Below are positions 61,342 through 64,000 of a stretch of 64,000 bases of DNA, one piece after another. The stretch comes from Botryllus schlosseri (Eukaryota): positions 20,212,001 to 20,276,000 of the forward strand of contig CM119374.1 of NCBI GenBank assembly GCA_051294905.1, in the 5' to 3' direction. Every line of letters starts with the position of its first letter. Position 1 is the first letter of the stretch. The notes below the pieces were generated by a model, which saw only the letters and a list, made by a program, of their open reading frames with translations, was not told the DNA's origin and did no database searches. The translations under genes and the position numbers were made by a program.

Positions 61342-62200
61342 ATAATTACTTTAGTGTATGTTCTTAATTCGTGACCTCCGGTTTGTTATATAATCAAAAT
61401 ATATTGTAGTGGCTCAAACGCAGCAGACTAAAAGAAAAACTTTCGTGAGACGCAACTCAAGTTGTAAATTACTGTAGGGTCAGCGGCCACATTAACCACA
61501 ATAGGACTAGACTTTTTGGGGCACAGAACTTTAATATACATTTTAATAACATATTCATGTTACAAATATATTAAAACCTGAAGCTTTTCAAGCCAACACT
61601 CTTCAGGGGTAATCGTCGGCATTATAATTATCATTGGTCAGCACATATTTTTAGGCATACAAAGTAAGAGTGGTTTTTGGGGTTCTGAAGGGCGCTGATT
61701 CCGAATAGGCTATGTCCTTATTTTTTTCAAACTGGCTCTTGTTCTGGAGATAACCCATGAGGCTATTTTGAATAAAATCTCATATTTTCGCTGTATGGGC
61801 TGGATAAAAAATCGGCTAAATCGTACTGTAAAGTTCAGAAATTCAACCTACTGGTTAATTTGACACGCTGAAGACTGCTTTAAATCCAAATACATCAACA
61901 TAATTATATTTCGGGGTATTAGATTTATCATAGTTGGAGACTTTCACGGATATCATGTACATAAATAAACCCCAATCATGTATATAAGTATTTACCTAGA
62001 TACTCAAATAACGCAGGGACATCTAGAATAGATATCCAGATATCCCTGAAATAACGTTATATTAATTGAATTAGTTTTATGTCAATCACATTTTTAAAAT
62101 TCAAAATAATCCGTTGGAATATAATATTAATAACTTATCTTAAAGCAAAATTGTTTCTTGTACTATTTTCGCTTGCAAGCAATATAGTGCAGTTTTTCGA

Positions 62201-62980
62201 AATGTTCCAGCAATAGTCTGTCATAATATGTTCGTCGCATCTGCACTGATGTCTTTCTTTTGTTGTTTTGATGTATTGATCGAACCTTTCCCATTTCTAT
62301 TCGCTCTAATCAACAATATCATCAGAAGATATAGCATGATGACTGAACAGGAAGATAAATTTAATGCTCATATTTTCTCCAAGGTTTCCATATGCAGATA
62401 CAAATTCTCGCACCGACTGGATATAGTTGAGTGCTTTGTTATCTTCCAAAAAGTTTCATTTACTACACCCTAGAAGGGATTCCATGCAGTGAGCACCTTT
62501 CTTAATGTGAAATTGGAATCCTTCTACTAGTTCTTTCCATTCCTTGTGAGTGCTTTCTTGCGTCGGGTCTTCTACATGGATTTTTGTCGCCGTAAGAACG
62601 GCAACGGCGGGGGAAGCGGAGCCCAGATAAACCTCCGACGGGAATCGAACTCGATCCGTCAGATTGGTGGGCGCTTATCGTAACCACTACAATATCTCCT
62701 CCGTATCCGAATCTGAGGTCCATTAAAGATTCCAGATTTAAGCTTCTCTTTTGATATGGATACTAGGTATACCAACTTTGTTGGCTAAGCGGAAAATTAT
62801 CCATTTACAAGTCAGAAGAGATGAGACTTATATGAGGATTTTAGTTAAGCTTTTCAGGGACAAATTTTATAGCTTTATACTTCTCTTTCATCTTGGTAGG
62901 ATGACCAATTGATACAGGAGAAAATATATTTCCATTGTGCAAAAGTACAATTGTTAGGCTTGACAAACTTCTTTTGAAAG
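62201..62980 (-). pseudogene. Chapaev transposase pseudogene (stops, frameshifts, SINE insertion)
   Basis: Motifs are colinear with the remembered Chapaev3 consensus LLHNGN...GIF.GPQIR...NFLG...LGCNMS.K.HFLHSH...GERFHQDI...ADYCW. Confidence 0.8.
62531..62703 (-). mobile_element. Second tRNA-derived SINE (different family) inserted in the Chapaev transposase
   Basis: A-box-like TGTAGTGGTT and B box GAGTTCGATTCCC. It interrupts the transposase between GPQIR and KDSNF. Boundaries are approximate. Confidence 0.55.
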
Positions 62981-64000
62981 AAAGTTCTCGCATCAGGTCA
63001 TGTTAATATTGATGGAGTAACTGAAAACGACACGAGTGTGCATCATAGTCAATTATCTATATATGCGCAGTATAAAAGTTAAAAATCTAAGATTTACTTC
63101 CTACGAAGTGAAATATTCAAGGGTAAATACAGTGATTTCAAGCTTTTTTAGGGGTATAAATATCTTCTTTTCTAGAGCCAATCAGGCAAAACTATAATGT
63201 GTTATTTGTAATCAGCAACTTGAAAATCCCAGAAACGGCTCCTAGATATTCTACCAAAAGGATTTTTTCATTTTGTTGACCAGTGTTATAGGCCTACTAT
63301 AGATTGCTGTTGCATGAAATGATCTGTGCATCAACGGCATGTTAAATGAACAAAACCTTTAAAATATATTTTTTCACACTAAACGAAAAAATAATAATTG
63401 ATAGTTATAGCAAATCAGTGTGACTTTCTGTTGTCCCATTCAGATAACAATTCCGAAATGCGAGGTTTCACCTTGAAAAGTGCTTGAAAAGTGTTCGGTC
63501 GAAACGCAAGAGCGTGATACAAATGAGCTTATAAATATTGGAGACGAGGAGAGAGGGGTTACTTCTACTTCCGATCGAGTAGCAATACTGACTATATTTT
63601 GACCAAATCTACATACACAGATAAAAACATGGCAGTGCTGCGCTGAGTACGACATTTTAACGATGACGTACGGGTCCATTGTGAATCAGCGAGCACGTAT
63701 GTTGCCACAATGACCAAATTAACAGTCACTCAATTTTCCTGGCGCGCCTGACTTTTCCGGACTTTTTTCTTGGCCTCGGTAGGTTTGAAATGTATGGTAG
63801 ACAGCGGGCAGCTCAGCTGCATGGGAGACACTTCTAGCCGCCTTCTTGCCCTACCCGGTCCATTACAGGAACAGAGCCATCATCTGAAACTATCCTTTCT
63901 TTCTTTCGATGAAGAGCTGATGTGGTTGTCATGCATCACTTAGTTTTCTTTGTCGTCACATTCCCTATTTACTCAAGTGATCAAGTTTTCAAACTACTTC

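Larger units (their letters stand above)
61632..63285 (-). mobile_element. Chapaev (CMC superfamily, Chapaev3-like) DNA transposon with both ends and a decayed transposase
   Basis: Termini CATTGGTCAGCA and TTGTTGACCAGTG, flanked by TTAT on both sides. Minus-strand remnants: VLLHNGNIFSPVSIGH..MKEKY, DL*MDNF.L.QQS.YT*YP, LKSGIFNGPQIR, AWNPF*GVV and NFLEDNKALNY..LGENMSIKFIFLFSH..WERFDQYIK..HIMTDYCW. Confidence 0.85.

Overview
This is AT-rich, intron-containing (GT-AG) animal genomic DNA, most likely from an invertebrate; the species cannot be determined from sequence alone. No prokaryotic systems or CRISPR arrays are present. By reading splice sites and frames by hand I reconstructed six protein-coding genes: (1) a Y-box cold-shock-domain gene (+, 8 exons, 330 aa); (2) a SAXO4/PPP1R32-like ciliary microtubule protein (-, 9 exons, 420 aa), which shows up in the ORF track only as scattered fragments; (3) head-to-head with it, an unidentified single-pass receptor-like gene (+, 12 exons, up to 1536 aa) with a signal peptide, a small Cys-containing ectodomain, one TM helix and a ~1200-aa disordered tail, and with a tRNA-Met(CAT) gene in intron 4; (4) a divergent TMEM187-like multipass protein (+, 2 exons, 279 aa); (5, 6) two tandem SLC22 transporter paralogs (-, 13 exons and 574 aa each, identical exon lengths). 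Introns and spacers are dense with often nested mobile DNA: more than a dozen hAT-type MITEs or deletion derivatives with verifiable TSDs, foldback MITEs, a Chapaev transposon with both ends, a piggyBac cysteine-rich-domain remnant, L2/CR1-group LINE 3' fragments and two tRNA-derived SINEs. The leads most worth following are the orphan receptor with its shared promoter and one-gene/two-gene ambiguity, a covarying hairpin module shared by two unrelated hAT elements, the TMEM187 homolog that appears to lack its conserved motif, and a near-identical 46-nt tract between the SLC22 paralogs. All coordinates were counted by hand. Family names rest on remembered motifs and need database confirmation.
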